This document shows positions 36,858 to 47,758 of a stretch of 64,000 nucleotides of DNA, in pieces. Each line of letters opens with the position of its first letter. Position 1 is the stretch's first letter. This stretch comes from an uncultured Gemmatimonadales bacterium (GTDB lineage: Bacteria; Gemmatimonadota; Gemmatimonadetes; Longimicrobiales; RSA9): positions 608,001-672,000 of the forward strand of contig CAWCRS010000005.1 of the NCBI GenBank assembly GCA_963798085.1. Reading direction: 5' to 3'. The translations under genes were made by a program, and so were the position numbers. The notes beneath the pieces were generated by a model that saw only the letters and a program-made list of their open reading frames with translations, did not search any database and had not been told where the DNA came from.

Positions 36858-38629
36858 TCAGAAGGACCAGAACAGAGGGGATGATCAGCACGGCGAGTAT
36901 GCCGAGCAGGATGTTGAGCGGCAAACCGAAGCGGATGTAGTCGGTGAAGCGGTAGCCGCCCGGACCATAGACCATGAGGTTGGTCTGGTAGCCGATGGGC
37001 GTCGCGAAACTGGCGGACGCAGCCATCATGATGGCCATCACGAAGGGGCGGAAATCCACGCCCATGCGGGCAGCCGTGGCCGCGGCAAGTGGAAAGATGA
37101 GGGCGGCTGCCGCGGTGTTAGTGATGACCGATGTGAGGAAGCTGGTCAGCGCGTACACGGCAGCGAGTGCGAGCCAGGGGTTGTCGCCCCCGGCGCGCAG
37201 CCAGACGGAAGCGACGCCCGCCGCCGCACCGCTCTTCTCGAGCGCGACAGCAAGTCCGAGCGCCGCGCCGATCACGGTGAGCACCTGCCAGTCCACGGCG
37301 CGCCGCGCAATGGGACCCGTGGTGCAGCGGGTGAGCAGCATGAGCCCGCCCGCGACCAGCGCCGGCGACCAGCATGGGCACGTGGAAGATCGATGCAGCT
37401 GCGACCATACCCAGCAGAATCACCGCGGCGAACGCGCTCTTTTCATGCCGAGGCGGACTCGAATCCTGGAGGGCGCTGACCAGAATGAAGTCGCGGGAAT
37501 GGCGATGCTGCTCGACGAACGCCGGCCTCGCCTCGAGGAGCAGCGTGTCACCGGGACGCAGTGTGATGTCGCCAATGCGGCCGGGAATGCGTTTGCCGCC
37601 GCGCGCGACCGCGACGACGACGGCATCGTAGCGGGTGCGGAAACGACTCTCGCGAATGTTCTGTCCGGATACCGGCGACGACGGCGAGACGACCGCTTCG
37701 ATCAGCAGCCGCTCGGGACGGGGTGCGTCCAGCTTGAACACCTGGTCGGGCGCGGGTACGAGGCCCTTGATCTTGTAGAGGTCGACGACGGAGTCGACAC
37801 CGCCGACGAAGACCAGGCGGTCGCCACCCTGCAGACGCTCCGTGGGCGCCACCGCAGGCAGCAGCCCGCCGCCTCGCCCGATCTCGGCCAGGAACACGCC
37901 GGGCAGATGGCGCAGGCCGGCTTCCTCGATGCTGCGACCCACCAGCGCGCTGCGCTCGTCGACCACCATCTCCAGCGCGTACTCGCGCGGATTGTCGCGC
38001 TGCGTGATGGGCGGTACCCGCTCGGGCAGCAGCCAGCGGGTCATGATGAGGATGTAGAGAAGGCCTAACACCGCGGTAGGAATGCCCACGCGCGCAATCT
38101 CGAAGAATCCGACCGGCGTCAGCTTCGTCTGCGCCGTTACCAGTCCGGCCACCACCAGGTTCGTGCTGGTGCCGATCAACGTGCACGTGCCGCCCAGAAT
38201 GGCCGCATACGAAAGCGGCATCATCAGCTTGGAGACGGAAAGGCGCTGCTTCTTCGCCCAGTCCTGCACGGTGGGCAGAAACATGGCGACCAGCGGCGTA
38301 TTGTTTAGGAATGCGCTGAGCCCGACGATGGGCAACATCATGCGCACCTGCGCGCTGAGCACCGTTTCGGGACGGCCGAACAGGCGGCGGCCGAGCGCGT
38401 GCGCGGCGCCCGTCTCGGTGAGACCCGACACGACGACGTACAGCACACCAACGGTTGCGAGTCCGGGATTGGCCAGGCCGGACAGCGCTTCGGAGGGCGT
38501 GAGCACGCCCAGCACCAGCAGTCCCGTGAGTGCGGCCACCATGACGAGGTCCGGGCCGATGCGCGTGAAGATGAGCAGGCCGGTGGTGCAGGCCACGACG
38601 GCCACCGCGATCCACGCTTGTGGCGTCAC
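36858..38629 (-). CDS. SLC13/CitMHS-type permease with TrkA-C domains (frameshifted near 37360 and 36880)
   Basis: SAFLNNTP, GGTCTLIGTSTNL, two TrkA-C domains and ASASFATPIGYQTNLMVYGPGGY. Removing one extra base at each of two sites restores MLVAALVAGGLM and IIPLFWSF*. Confidence 0.85.
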
Positions 38630-39168
38630 GTTGGGTCCATGGTCCGCTGGTTCACCGCGGAGATCGCTTCAGAATTCAGACGGCGGCGTGATGGCGCAGA
38701 CGTCGCCTGCTCCGCAGCTGCGCGGACGCGCCGTGCAGCAGAGCGCGGCCGGCTCCGCGCAGGACCGCCGCCACCAGGAAGGTGCGAACACGCAGGGCGC
38801 GCACGTACCGCCGCGGCCCGGGTCCGGGTGCGGCTGTGGCGAGGGCCGTGGGCGGCCAGCGCGGCGGCGGCGCGAGCAGTCCTGCGGGGTGGGTGGGAGA
38901 CGCAGTGTGGTCGAACATGAGGCTGCAGAGTACAACCGGGTACGTTCGCGCGCCACGGCGGACGAATTCTCGTGCTCGTCGGGAACGTCGGCTCGTGTCA
39001 GGACCGGCGCTGTTCGTGCCACGTGTTACGACGGCCGCCACCGTGGCCTGACTGGCCTGGACGCGGCGCACGCGGTCGGCGGGCCCAGGGCTGGCCCGGC
39101 CGTCCGGCGTGCAAGGCCAGGCGGGCCGGCGTGCGGGCCGCGTCTGTGGCTCCACCGTTGCGACCGGT

Positions 39169-39389
39169 TGCCGAATGACGGCGAAAGCGCGAAGCCGGAT
39201 CGAGGAGCGCCTGCTCGAGGAGCGGGAACGGAAGTGGCCCGCGCGCCTGGCGGGCCCTACGATGGGCGCACGCGAGAACCGCGGCTGACGATCACTGGAA
39301 TCGTCGAGGCGAATTCACGGGAGAGTGCCGAATGACGGCGAAAGAGCGAAGCCGGATCGAGCAGCGCCTGCTCGAGGAGCGGGAGCGGA
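39169..39389 (+). repeat. 64-bp direct repeat (39169-39232 and 39326-39389) duplicating the 5' end of the dksA-like gene
   Basis: TGCCGAATGACGGCGAAAG(C/A)GCGAAGCCGGATCGAG(G/C)AGCGCCTGCTCGAGGAGCGGGA(A/G)CGGA; 3 mismatches, 157-bp offset. Confidence 0.9.
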
Positions 39390-39688
39390 CGCTGAAGCTG
39401 GTAAACGAGCTGCGCGCGGATGTGCGCGAGCCGGAAGTGGAGTCGACGGGGGACCTGTCGCTCATGCCGACGCATCCCGCGGATCGCGCCAGTGATGTGC
39501 AGGAACGCGAGATGGATGAGACGCTGGCGGAACGTGAGGCAACGCAGCTCGAGCTCATCGACGATGCGCTGCGGCGTCTGCGCGAGGATCCCGAGCACTT
39601 CGACGTGTCTGTCGTGTCGGGTGAGAAGATCCCGTTTGCGCGCCTGGAGCTGGTGCCCTGGACGCGGGTGTTGGCGGGGGAGGACTGA
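39332..39688 (+). CDS. TraR/DksA (YteA-like) family protein lacking zinc-finger cysteines
   Basis: Coiled coil, DLS..PTHPADRASD, IDDALRRL and GEKIPFARLELVPWT. Confidence 0.85.
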   Translation: MTAKERSRIEQRLLEERERTLKLVNELRADVREPEVESTGDLSLMPTHPADRASDVQEREMDETLAEREATQLELIDDALRRLREDPEHFDVSVVSGEKIPFARLELVPWTRVLAGED

Positions 39689-39774
39689 CCCGGACCGTCT
39701 TGGCGTTCTTGGGTTGGGCCGATTCGCCTGTCGAGCGCGCCGACGCCAGGCCGCGCTGCGCATGCGTCTGATGC

Positions 39775-40206
39775 GTGCTGCCATGGCCGGGCAGCGACAG
39801 TGTGTTAGAATGCGAGCCGTGTACATGGGCTGCAGCGGGGATTGCCCCGGGTTCTGACCACGCGGGGATAGTGAGACCGGCCATAACCCAAGAACGCCAA
39901 GACGGTCCGATTGTCACACCGCCCCGCTACCCTTTCCCACACGCAAATCAGAATGGCCACTTCACCCCCGGAGAGTGGCGCGTGGGATGGAACCTGCAGA
40001 GCACGATTGCGCTGGTGGTGGGACTCCTGCTGCTGGCACAGGGACTCCTTGCGGAGCACGCGCGTCGGAAGATCGAGCGGACGCGCATTCGGCAGACGAA
40101 GGAAGCGGAGCCAGACGCGGAATCGTCGCCTGAACCGGGTGTTGCGGTCGACCAGGCGGCGCCCGCCTCCCTGCACCGGCCACGCCGCGAAGTCAGCCGC
40201 CGCTGA
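39775..40206 (+). CDS. Possible small membrane protein (start uncertain)
   Basis: One clear TM segment (IALVVGLLLLAQGLL) followed by a charged tail. Confidence 0.35.
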   Translation: MLPWPGSDSVLECEPCTWAAAGIAPGSDHAGIVRPAITQERQDGPIVTPPRYPFPHANQNGHFTPGEWRVGWNLQSTIALVVGLLLLAQGLLAEHARRKIERTRIRQTKEAEPDAESSPEPGVAVDQAAPASLHRPRREVSRR

Positions 40207-40876
40207 GTTGCGCGGCGCGCACCGTCGGGCCGGCTTCGAGCGAGAGGCCGAGGTTCACGTGCCATGCGACGTTCCAGAGCGAAGCGTGCCCGCCGCTCAC
40301 GTTGACGCGCGCGTGCGCCGCTGTTGCCTTGCTTTCGACGAACACGCCCAGGTGCGGCAGCAACGGCCGGCGCGCAATCAGTCCGAGCTGCGCCGCCGGG
40401 CCCGCAATGAAGCGCCCGCTGCCGAGGATGCCGCGATTCTCGGGGTACGTCATGCCGCGGATGGTGCTTTCCGGATGCGCGATCACGAGGCCCGCGCCCA
40501 CCCGCACTCCGAGGCCGGCACGCTCCGTCCACGTGCGCGTCGCGGTCAGGAGGTTCAGGCCGTGCGAAATCGCGAACGCCTGGATCTCCGGCGGTCGGTT
40601 GCGCAGGTAGATCTTGTGGTGCAGCAGCTCGACGCCCCAGCTGCCGTGCTCGGTACCGCGCTCGATGCGCAACAGCAGGTACGGCGGCGGGTGCAGCGCT
40701 TTCGTTGCGTAACGCGCGCGCAGCCGAATGTCAGGCTGCAGCTGCTGACTGACAACGAGTTGGGTGGGCAGGTTCCAGGCAGTGCCGCTGGCGACATCCA
40801 CGCGCCACACGCTCTGGGCGCGCAGCGGGCTGGCGCCGAACGGCGCCAGACAGCAGAACCACAGCGCGCGTCTCAT
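40193..40876 (-). CDS. Putative outer-membrane beta-barrel protein
   Basis: Signal peptide (LRAQ); ELLHHKIYL.N.P..IQ.F.ISHG.N and G.G.VI.HPESTIRG; alternating beta strands. Confidence 0.7.
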   Translation of the reverse strand: MRRALWFCCLAPFGASPLRAQSVWRVDVASGTAWNLPTQLVVSQQLQPDIRLRARYATKALHPPPYLLLRIERGTEHGSWGVELLHHKIYLRNRPPEIQAFAISHGLNLLTATRTWTERAGLGVRVGAGLVIAHPESTIRGMTYPENRGILGSGRFIAGPAAQLGLIARRPLLPHLGVFVESKATAAHARVNVSGGHASLWNVAWHVNLGLSLEAGPTVRAAQLSGG

Positions 40877-41191
40877 CCATGCACAGTACACCGCGATCGG
40901 GCGGAGCGTTGCACACCGCGAACCGGACGCCGCGCGCGGTGTGCCGCTGCCCACCCAGCGCACGGGCGCGCGAACCGGGCGGGTGCCTTCTGCCCCGATC
41001 CTCGCGTGGGCACGGCGAACATCGGCTGCGTCCCGCGGACATTTCGATCCGCCAGACCAGGCTGAAGCGCGAGGGGTTCGGGATCATCCGCGGGGCGTGC
41101 GCCGCGCACTGCCTGTTCTCACGCCGCGTTGCGGACGAAGCCGGCGGCGCGCCGCAGCCCGCGTTTCGCGATTGCGTTCGCAGAACGTTTG

Positions 41192-42943
41192 TTACGTCCG
41201 GTCGCGGCGCGTGCTGCGCAGGAATTCCTGCACGCGTTCGAGGGGCCAGCAGTTGACCACCGCGTCCGCGTCGAGCCAGCCTTTGCGGGCGATAACAACG
41301 CCGTAGCGCACGTAGTCCAGCTGTGCGGGCGAGTGCGCATCCGGATTGATCGCCGTGGCAATGCCCAGGCTGCGCGCTTGCGGCCAGTAGCGCCAGTCCA
41401 GCTCCATGCGATGAGGATCCGAGTTGATCTCGATCCCAATGCCGCGGCGCGCCGCGGCGCGCAGCACTGCGCCTACATCAATGTCGCAGCCTCGCCGGGT
41501 GAGCAGCAAACGGCCTGTCAGATGCCCGAAGAACGTGAGGTAGGGATTCTCGATAACGCGCAGGTAGCGCTGCGTCTGCTCGGCGCGCGGCAGCGTGAAT
41601 GCGGAATGCACGGAGCCGACGACATAGTCGAAGCGCGCCAGCAGGTCGGGCCGGTCCTCGTAGTCGAGACGGCCGTCGGGCAGAATGTCCGCCTCGATGC
41701 CCTTGAACAGCCACAGGCGACGACCCTGCGCCTCGTTCCACGCGTCGATCTCCGCGTGCTGCGCCACAATCTCCCCGGGCGAGAGCCCGCCCGCATAGCC
41801 CGCGTACTGCGAGTGATCCGCAATACCGAGGTAGCGCCAGCCGCGCTCCAGCGCGGCCTCTGCCATTTCCGCTACTGTCGCCCTGCCATCGCTCCACGTC
41901 GTGTGGCAGTGGAAGCAACCGCGCAGCATGGTCTGCTCAATGAGGCGCGGCAGCTTCGCGGCGCGCGCGACCTCGATCTCGGCGCCCGATTCGCGCAGCT
42001 CCGGCGGCACGAACTCCAGGCCAAGCCGGGCGTAGAGGTCCGTTTCCTCGCCCAGCGCCAGCGCCAGGTCTCCGTCTAACAGCGCGTCAGACGTGAGACG
42101 GAGACCCAGCTGTGTGGCCGCATCCGCGAGCCGCGCCAGGTGTGCGGGTGAGCCGGTCACGGCGAGCAACGTCGTCGCATACGCGCTGGCCGCCACCGGA
42201 GTGAAGCGCACACGGAGGCCGTTCGCCAGGTGGGCCGTGGCGGCGCCGCCTTCCTCACTCGCCCCGGCGAATCCGGCCAGCGCCAGAAACGCCCGGCGCG
42301 CGCGTCCTGCAGCGTCGGGATCAGGCGACGCTTCGATCTCGGCCACGATTTCAATGCGGTTGACGGTTTCGCAACCGCGGCGCAATTCCCCTGCGAGCAC
42401 AGCGCGGCGCACACCGGGCAGCGCGGCCGCGAACGCGAGCAGGCGTTCACCGGTGTCCAGCGCCTCGAAGTAGCGACGCCGTCCGGCCATGGCGCGCACC
42501 TGCGCGATGCCCTCGAGAATCTGCGACTGCGTGCGTGCGCCAAAGCCCGGCACATCGGCAATGCGGCCGGCCTGCGCCGCGGTCTCGAGGTCATCCAGTG
42601 AGGCGATGCCCAGCTGGCCGTGCAGCGCGCGAATACGCGTGACGCCGAGCTGCGGCACACCTAACAGCTGCAGCAGGCCGGGCGGCGTCTGCTCGCGCAG
42701 CTGCTGATGGTAGGAGGATGCGCCCGTCTCGAGCAGCTCGCGAACGACGCTGGCCGTGGCCGGGCCTATGCCGGGAATCGCCTGCAGCCGCTTCTGCCGC
42801 AGCAGCGCGCCCAGGTCTTCATCCGTCTTCGCTACGGCACGCGCCGCGCGGTTGAACGCCCCCGACTTGAAGCGATTCTCGCCCTGGATCTCGAGCAGCG
42901 CACCGATTTCCTCGAGCACGAAGGCAATGGCATTGCGATCCAT
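41192..42943 (-). CDS. polX: DNA polymerase X family / PHP-domain protein with altered polymerase active site
   Basis: GENRFK..AF.RAA, HhH motifs, GELRR..ETV, and a PHP domain with HCHTTWSDG...DH...E...H...DAH. Confidence 0.92.
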   Translation of the reverse strand: MDRNAIAFVLEEIGALLEIQGENRFKSGAFNRAARAVAKTDEDLGALLRQKRLQAIPGIGPATASVVRELLETGASSYHQQLREQTPPGLLQLLGVPQLGVTRIRALHGQLGIASLDDLETAAQAGRIADVPGFGARTQSQILEGIAQVRAMAGRRRYFEALDTGERLLAFAAALPGVRRAVLAGELRRGCETVNRIEIVAEIEASPDPDAAGRARRAFLALAGFAGASEEGGAATAHLANGLRVRFTPVAASAYATTLLAVTGSPAHLARLADAATQLGLRLTSDALLDGDLALALGEETDLYARLGLEFVPPELRESGAEIEVARAAKLPRLIEQTMLRGCFHCHTTWSDGRATVAEMAEAALERGWRYLGIADHSQYAGYAGGLSPGEIVAQHAEIDAWNEAQGRRLWLFKGIEADILPDGRLDYEDRPDLLARFDYVVGSVHSAFTLPRAEQTQRYLRVIENPYLTFFGHLTGRLLLTRRGCDIDVGAVLRAAARRGIGIEINSDPHRMELDWRYWPQARSLGIATAINPDAHSPAQLDYVRYGVVIARKGWLDADAVVNCWPLERVQEFLRSTRRDRT

Positions 42944-43296
42944 GAGCCGCGCTTCGTGAGCCTGCCCGCGCCCGGTCGCGGCAGTCGCGTAGTGGATGGG
43001 GGACCCGCAGCGGCCGCCGCAGTGCCCGATCGTGCGGCCGGGAACGGCCGGAAGCGCCGGCCGCCTCTGGCTGGTTGCCCGGGTCTGCAGCGGGAATCTG
43101 AAAGCGGCGCGCCGACCTGTCCAGTCGCAACCGGCGGCGCAATCACGAGTCCGCACCGCGAAACCGAATACCGTCGCAGCGTGCCTGACCGCCTCCCGCA
43201 CACATGCATTCAGGCGACGACAATGCCTCGGCCTCGCCTCGCGACGCGACTTTCGGGCGAAAGACGCAGTCTGCGCGTGCGGGTCGCCGACGGCGC

Positions 43297-44310
43297 TCAG
43301 CGGCACAGCGGCTTGCCCAGGCCCCCCTTGATCAGCAGCAGCGTGCCGAGCGTCACGCGATGCTGCAGCATGCGCTGGATGTAAAGCCGCGTGTACACGC
43401 GGATCATCGTGCCCTTGTCGATGATTTCGATGCGCTGCAGCTCATCCGGATACATCGTTTTCAGCTCATCCAGGCCGAACGACTTCTCGGTCTCGTCGAT
43501 GAACACGCACTGGGCGTGCAGGTCCCGCGTACCCAGCCGGTCCGCAATGATGTCGTAGGCGCTCCAGTTGGAGCGTTCCAGCAGGGCCTCGCGGTCGAAC
43601 TCGGTACGCGCGTACGGCTGACCGCGCGAGCGCACCTCCAGCTGCTCATCCTGCAATGCGATCATGCGCTGCCCGACGGGATCCGCGGACAGACGGAACC
43701 GCAGCGTCGTGTCGCTCTCCGCGAGGAACGTCACGTGTGCCGGCAGGAAGCCCAGCGCCCGCACCGACACGGTCACACTGTGTCCCCAGGGCACGCCGCG
43801 CAGCCGGAATCCGCCGGCCGCGTTGGTCACGGCCGTGTGTGTGCGGCCCGCATCCACGTCGGCATCCGGCACCTGCCGACCCAATGCATCGTCCACCGTG
43901 CCGCGCACCGTAATGTTGCGTTTGTGAACCGTGATGGTGTCCAGGCGCACAGGCGACGGGTCAAGCTGGATCAGCACCGTCGTGTCCGCGCGCAGCAGCA
44001 GCGCCACCTCGACGGGCTTGTAGCCCAGCGCGTCCACTACCAGCGTCTGCCGTCCCGGGCGCACACCGGACAGCCGGAACCCGCCGTCCGCTGCGGTCTG
44101 CACCACGGAGCCGCCCAGCAGATCCACCGTCGCGCCCGGCACCGCATCATGTGTGCGCCGGTCCTGCACGCGGCCCCGCACCTCCACGCCACTCTGCGCC
44201 CGCGCCGCCTGCGCGAGCACGGCGATCGCCAGCAGCGCGCAGCACACCATCAGCGCGCGCGGCCGCGCGGCGCGCACCGACCGCTTCCTGCTCCGGGGAT
44301 TCTGTGCCAT
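43297..44310 (-). CDS. Exported protein with two carboxypeptidase-regulatory-like domains
   Basis: VRGRVQD..PGATV..T..DGGFRL..ALGY repeated twice; signal peptide. Confidence 0.8.
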   Translation of the reverse strand: MAQNPRSRKRSVRAARPRALMVCCALLAIAVLAQAARAQSGVEVRGRVQDRRTHDAVPGATVDLLGGSVVQTAADGGFRLSGVRPGRQTLVVDALGYKPVEVALLLRADTTVLIQLDPSPVRLDTITVHKRNITVRGTVDDALGRQVPDADVDAGRTHTAVTNAAGGFRLRGVPWGHSVTVSVRALGFLPAHVTFLAESDTTLRFRLSADPVGQRMIALQDEQLEVRSRGQPYARTEFDREALLERSNWSAYDIIADRLGTRDLHAQCVFIDETEKSFGLDELKTMYPDELQRIEIIDKGTMIRVYTRLYIQRMLQHRVTLGTLLLIKGGLGKPLCR

Positions 44311-44430
44311 GCATCGCCTCTGCGGCCGCCGACGTCGCGCGGCTGCCCGGCCGCGCCTGCGCGGCGAGGCCGCTCCGCAAGATTGCGCGCGAACGGCGCG
44401 GCAGCCAGCACGCGGCTGCCTGCAAGTCTC

Positions 44431-44459
44431 TTGACTATGGGTCGAATGACTAGTACAGT
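44431..44459 (+). promoter_or_regulatory. Sigma70-like promoter for padR-ADOP
   Basis: TTGACT-17nt-TACAGT. Confidence 0.55.
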
Positions 44460-44593
44460 CTCCGAGGCGACACCAGCTTCCCGCTTCACCGCGCCACGGA
44501 GCAAGGGAAGCGGCCCATCGTCCAGGACGAATCCGTGTGCGGCCGTGCGCGGTGCACGGCGAGCGCGCGTCCCACTCTGATGGTGGAAGCAGC

Positions 44594-44956
44594 ATGACAC
44601 GACGCGAACCCGACCCGTACGAGCGGCTGCCTCTCGCGCCGCGCGACTTCCTCATTCTGCTGGCGCTGGTGGACGGCGCACTGCACGGCTATGGCCTGGT
44701 GCGCGCGGTGGAGGAGGAATCGGAGGGCCAGGTACATATGGACCCGGCCAATCTCTATCGCTCGCTGCGGCGCATGGAGCGGGACGGGCTGGTGGAAGAG
44801 ACGTCGTCGCCTGCGCCCGAGAGTGCTGAAGAGCGACGCCGCTACTACAGCCTCACGTCATTCGGCCGGCGCGTGGTGTCCGCGGAAGCGGCGCGGGTGA
44901 GCCGGCTGGCGCGGGCAGCGGAAGCGAAGCGGCTGGTGCCGCGAGGGGCGCGGTGA
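44594..44956 (+). CDS. PadR-family transcriptional regulator
   Basis: FLILLAL..LHGYGLV, NLYRSLRRM..GLVEE and RRRYYSLT. Confidence 0.92.
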   Translation: MTRREPDPYERLPLAPRDFLILLALVDGALHGYGLVRAVEEESEGQVHMDPANLYRSLRRMERDGLVEETSSPAPESAEERRRYYSLTSFGRRVVSAEAARVSRLARAAEAKRLVPRGAR

Positions 44957-47713
44957 GCGCGCGCGGTTCCGGGGCGGCGCGGCGGGCGGGTCTGCTGACA
45001 CGCGTGTTGTACGGCCTGCTGCTGCGCGCCTATCCCGCGGAGTTCCGCCGGCAGTACGGCGAGGAGGCGCGCGAGCTGTTTGCCCGGCTGCATGTGGAGG
45101 CGGCAGCGCGCGGGGCACTTGCTCTGTTGCGTTTCTGGGGCCGTACGGTGGTGGCTGTGGTGCGGGACGGGTTCGCCGAGCGTGTGGGCGCGCACGCAGC
45201 GCGGCGGGCGGTGTCGTCGCCTGCCACCGGCGTCCTGACCGATCGTCAGGGCGCGGCGGGCTGGCTGGACATCCTGCGTCATCAGCTGCGTCTGGCGGTG
45301 CGCTCCCTGCGCCGGCGTCCCGGCTTCGCGCTGACCGTGTGCGTGCTGATGGCACTGGGCATTGGTGCTGCCACAACGCTGTTCAGTGTGGTGGACGCGG
45401 TGCTGCTGCGGCCGCTGCCCTACCCTGCACCGGACCGGCTCTACATCGTGAGTCGCGGTGGGGCGGACATGCCGATCCCGGATTTCCACGATGTGCACGA
45501 CAACGCAGGCTCGTTCGACGCGCTGGGGGGTGTGTGGGCCGATAATGCGGCGCTGACCGGCGAGGGCGAGCCGGAACGGGTGAAGCGGGCTCGCATCACG
45601 GGCGATCTCTTCGCCATGCTGGGTGCTCACGCGGTGCGCGGTCGTCTGCTCACGACGGCCGACGAGGCGACCGGCGCCACGCCCGCTGTCGTGATCTCGC
45701 CATCCTTCTGGGTGCGTCACTGGGGTGGGGATCCGGGCGTGATCGGCCGCACCATCCGGCTGGACGGCTCGCCCTACGAGGTCGTGGGGGTACTCGATCC
45801 ACACTTCATCCCTCCCGCGGTGCTGTCGCTGGACAACGCGGACGTATTCGCGCCGCTGCAACCGACGCCGCAGCAGGCGAGCGATCGCAGGTTCTACGTG
45901 CTCGCGGTGGTCGCGCGGCTGCGGGACGGTGCCACGCCGGCGCAGGCCGGCACGCAGCTCAATGCGCTGGCTGCGCGCCTGGCCGAACAGTTTCCCGACC
46001 TGCGTTCTCGCAACGCGAATGCGAAGCCTTTCCCGATGATCTCGCTCGAGAAGGCCACGGCGGGCGACATCGGCACTGTACTCTGGACACTGTTCGGCGC
46101 GGTCGGCCTGATGCTGCTGATCGCGTGCGCGAACGTTGCGAACCTGTTCCTTGCGCGCGCCACGGATCAGCAGCACGAGCTGGCGGTGTGCGCGGCGCTC
46201 GGAGCTTCGCGCGTCCGCATTGTCGCGCAGTCACTGGTGCAGAGTGCGCTGCTCGGCGTGCTGGGGGGCGCGCTCGGTGTCCTGCTCGCCCTGGCCGGCG
46301 TACACGCCTTCCGCGGGCTGCATGACATCGGCATTCCGCGGCTTGCCGAGGTGACGATCGACCTGCGCATCCTCCTGTTCACGCTCGCCCTGTCGCTGGC
46401 CACCGGAGTGCTCTTCGGCCTGGCGCCCGCGCTGCTGTCCGCGCGCTCACGGGCCACCGATGCGCTGCGCGAATCGAACACGCGCACCACCGCCGCGCGC
46501 GGGCGTGCTCGCCTGCGCATCGGCCTGGTGGTCGCCGAGCTCGGACTTGCGCTGATCCTGCTCACGGGCGCGAGTCTCCTCTTCCACAGCTTCGTTCGCC
46601 TGGGCGGCGTGGCGATCGGGTTCCGTCCGCAGCACCTGCTGACCGTGGAGCTCAACGCCGAGCCTCAGGCGATGCCACGGGCGCAGTTCGTCAGCGCCCT
46701 GGAAACACGCATTGCCACGTTGCCCGGGGTGCGGGCCGTGGGTTCGAGCTGGATGCTCCCCTTCTCCGGAGGGCGCTGCTGCTGGGGCTCGCGCATCGTC
46801 GCGGCATCGTCACCCGGCGACACGGTCAGGACCAATTTCGATCCCATAACAACGGGTTATATGGCCGCGCTGGGCGCGCACCTGCGGCGGGGCCGTGACT
46901 TCAACGCGGCCGACGAGCAGAGCGACCGAGTCGGTGGACCGGGTGAGGCACCGCGCGCCGCTACCTTGAACGTCATCGTGAACGACAAGCTGGCGCGGCG
47001 TTTGTGGCCCGACGAAGATGCACTGGGTCGCGTGCTGCGCATGACGACGAGTGCGCCGGTCGAGATGCACGTGATCGGTGTCGTCGACGACATCCGCCAC
47101 TGGGGCTTCCAGTCGGATACGGAAGAGCACGTGTACCTGCCCTATAACGCCGTGGCGCAGTGGTCGCTCGCCAGCATGCTGGAGATCGGCATCCGCCACG
47201 ACGGTGATCAGGGTCCGCTCCTCAGCGCACTGCGCAGTGCCGTGAGGGACCTCGATCCCGAACTCCCCCTTGGTCGCGTGCGCACCATGGATGCGCGGCT
47301 GTCGAGTTCCATCGCCACGCCCAGATTCTATGCGATGCTGCTCGCGCTGTTCGCGGCGCTCGCCTTCCTCCTCGCCGCTGCCGGGGTGTACGGTTCCATG
47401 TTGTACGTCGTGGGTCTGCGTCGCCGCGAGAATGGGCATCCGTCTGGCCATCGGCGCGCGGCGCGGCGACGTCGTACGACAGGTTCTCGGGCGGGGCATT
47501 GCGGTCGTGCTGGCCGGCACACTGCTCGGTCTGGGTGGCGCGCTCGCGCTGACCCGGCTGATGCGCAGTCTGCTGTTCAGCGTCACCGCGACGGATCCGG
47601 CAAGCTTCGCGGCCGCGGCCGTACTGCTGGGCGCTGCGGGCCTGCTCGCCTGTTATCTGCCGGCCCGACGGGCCGGTTCGGTGGATCCGCTGGTGACGCT
47701 GCGCTCGGACTGA
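44953..47713 (+). CDS. ADOP-type ABC permease with prefix domain (+1 frameshift near 47431)
   Basis: LLLRAYPAEFRRQYGEE prefix. GAGAATGGGCATC has one extra A relative to E-M-G-I-R-L-A-I-G-A; the C-terminus DPLVTLRSD is in the next frame. Confidence 0.9.
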
Positions 47714-47758
47714 CGCACACGTGACCGGGCAGGCCGCGAGTGCAGCGCAGCGGCGCGA

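Noticed and set aside
38630..39168. Long GC-rich intergenic region as possible ncRNA or gene
   Set aside because: No SRP, tmRNA, RNase P or tRNA signature and no protein-like ORF was recognisable by eye.
47420..47440. Programmed frameshift in the ADOP gene
   Set aside because: There is no slippery heptamer; a single extra A fits the indel errors seen elsewhere.
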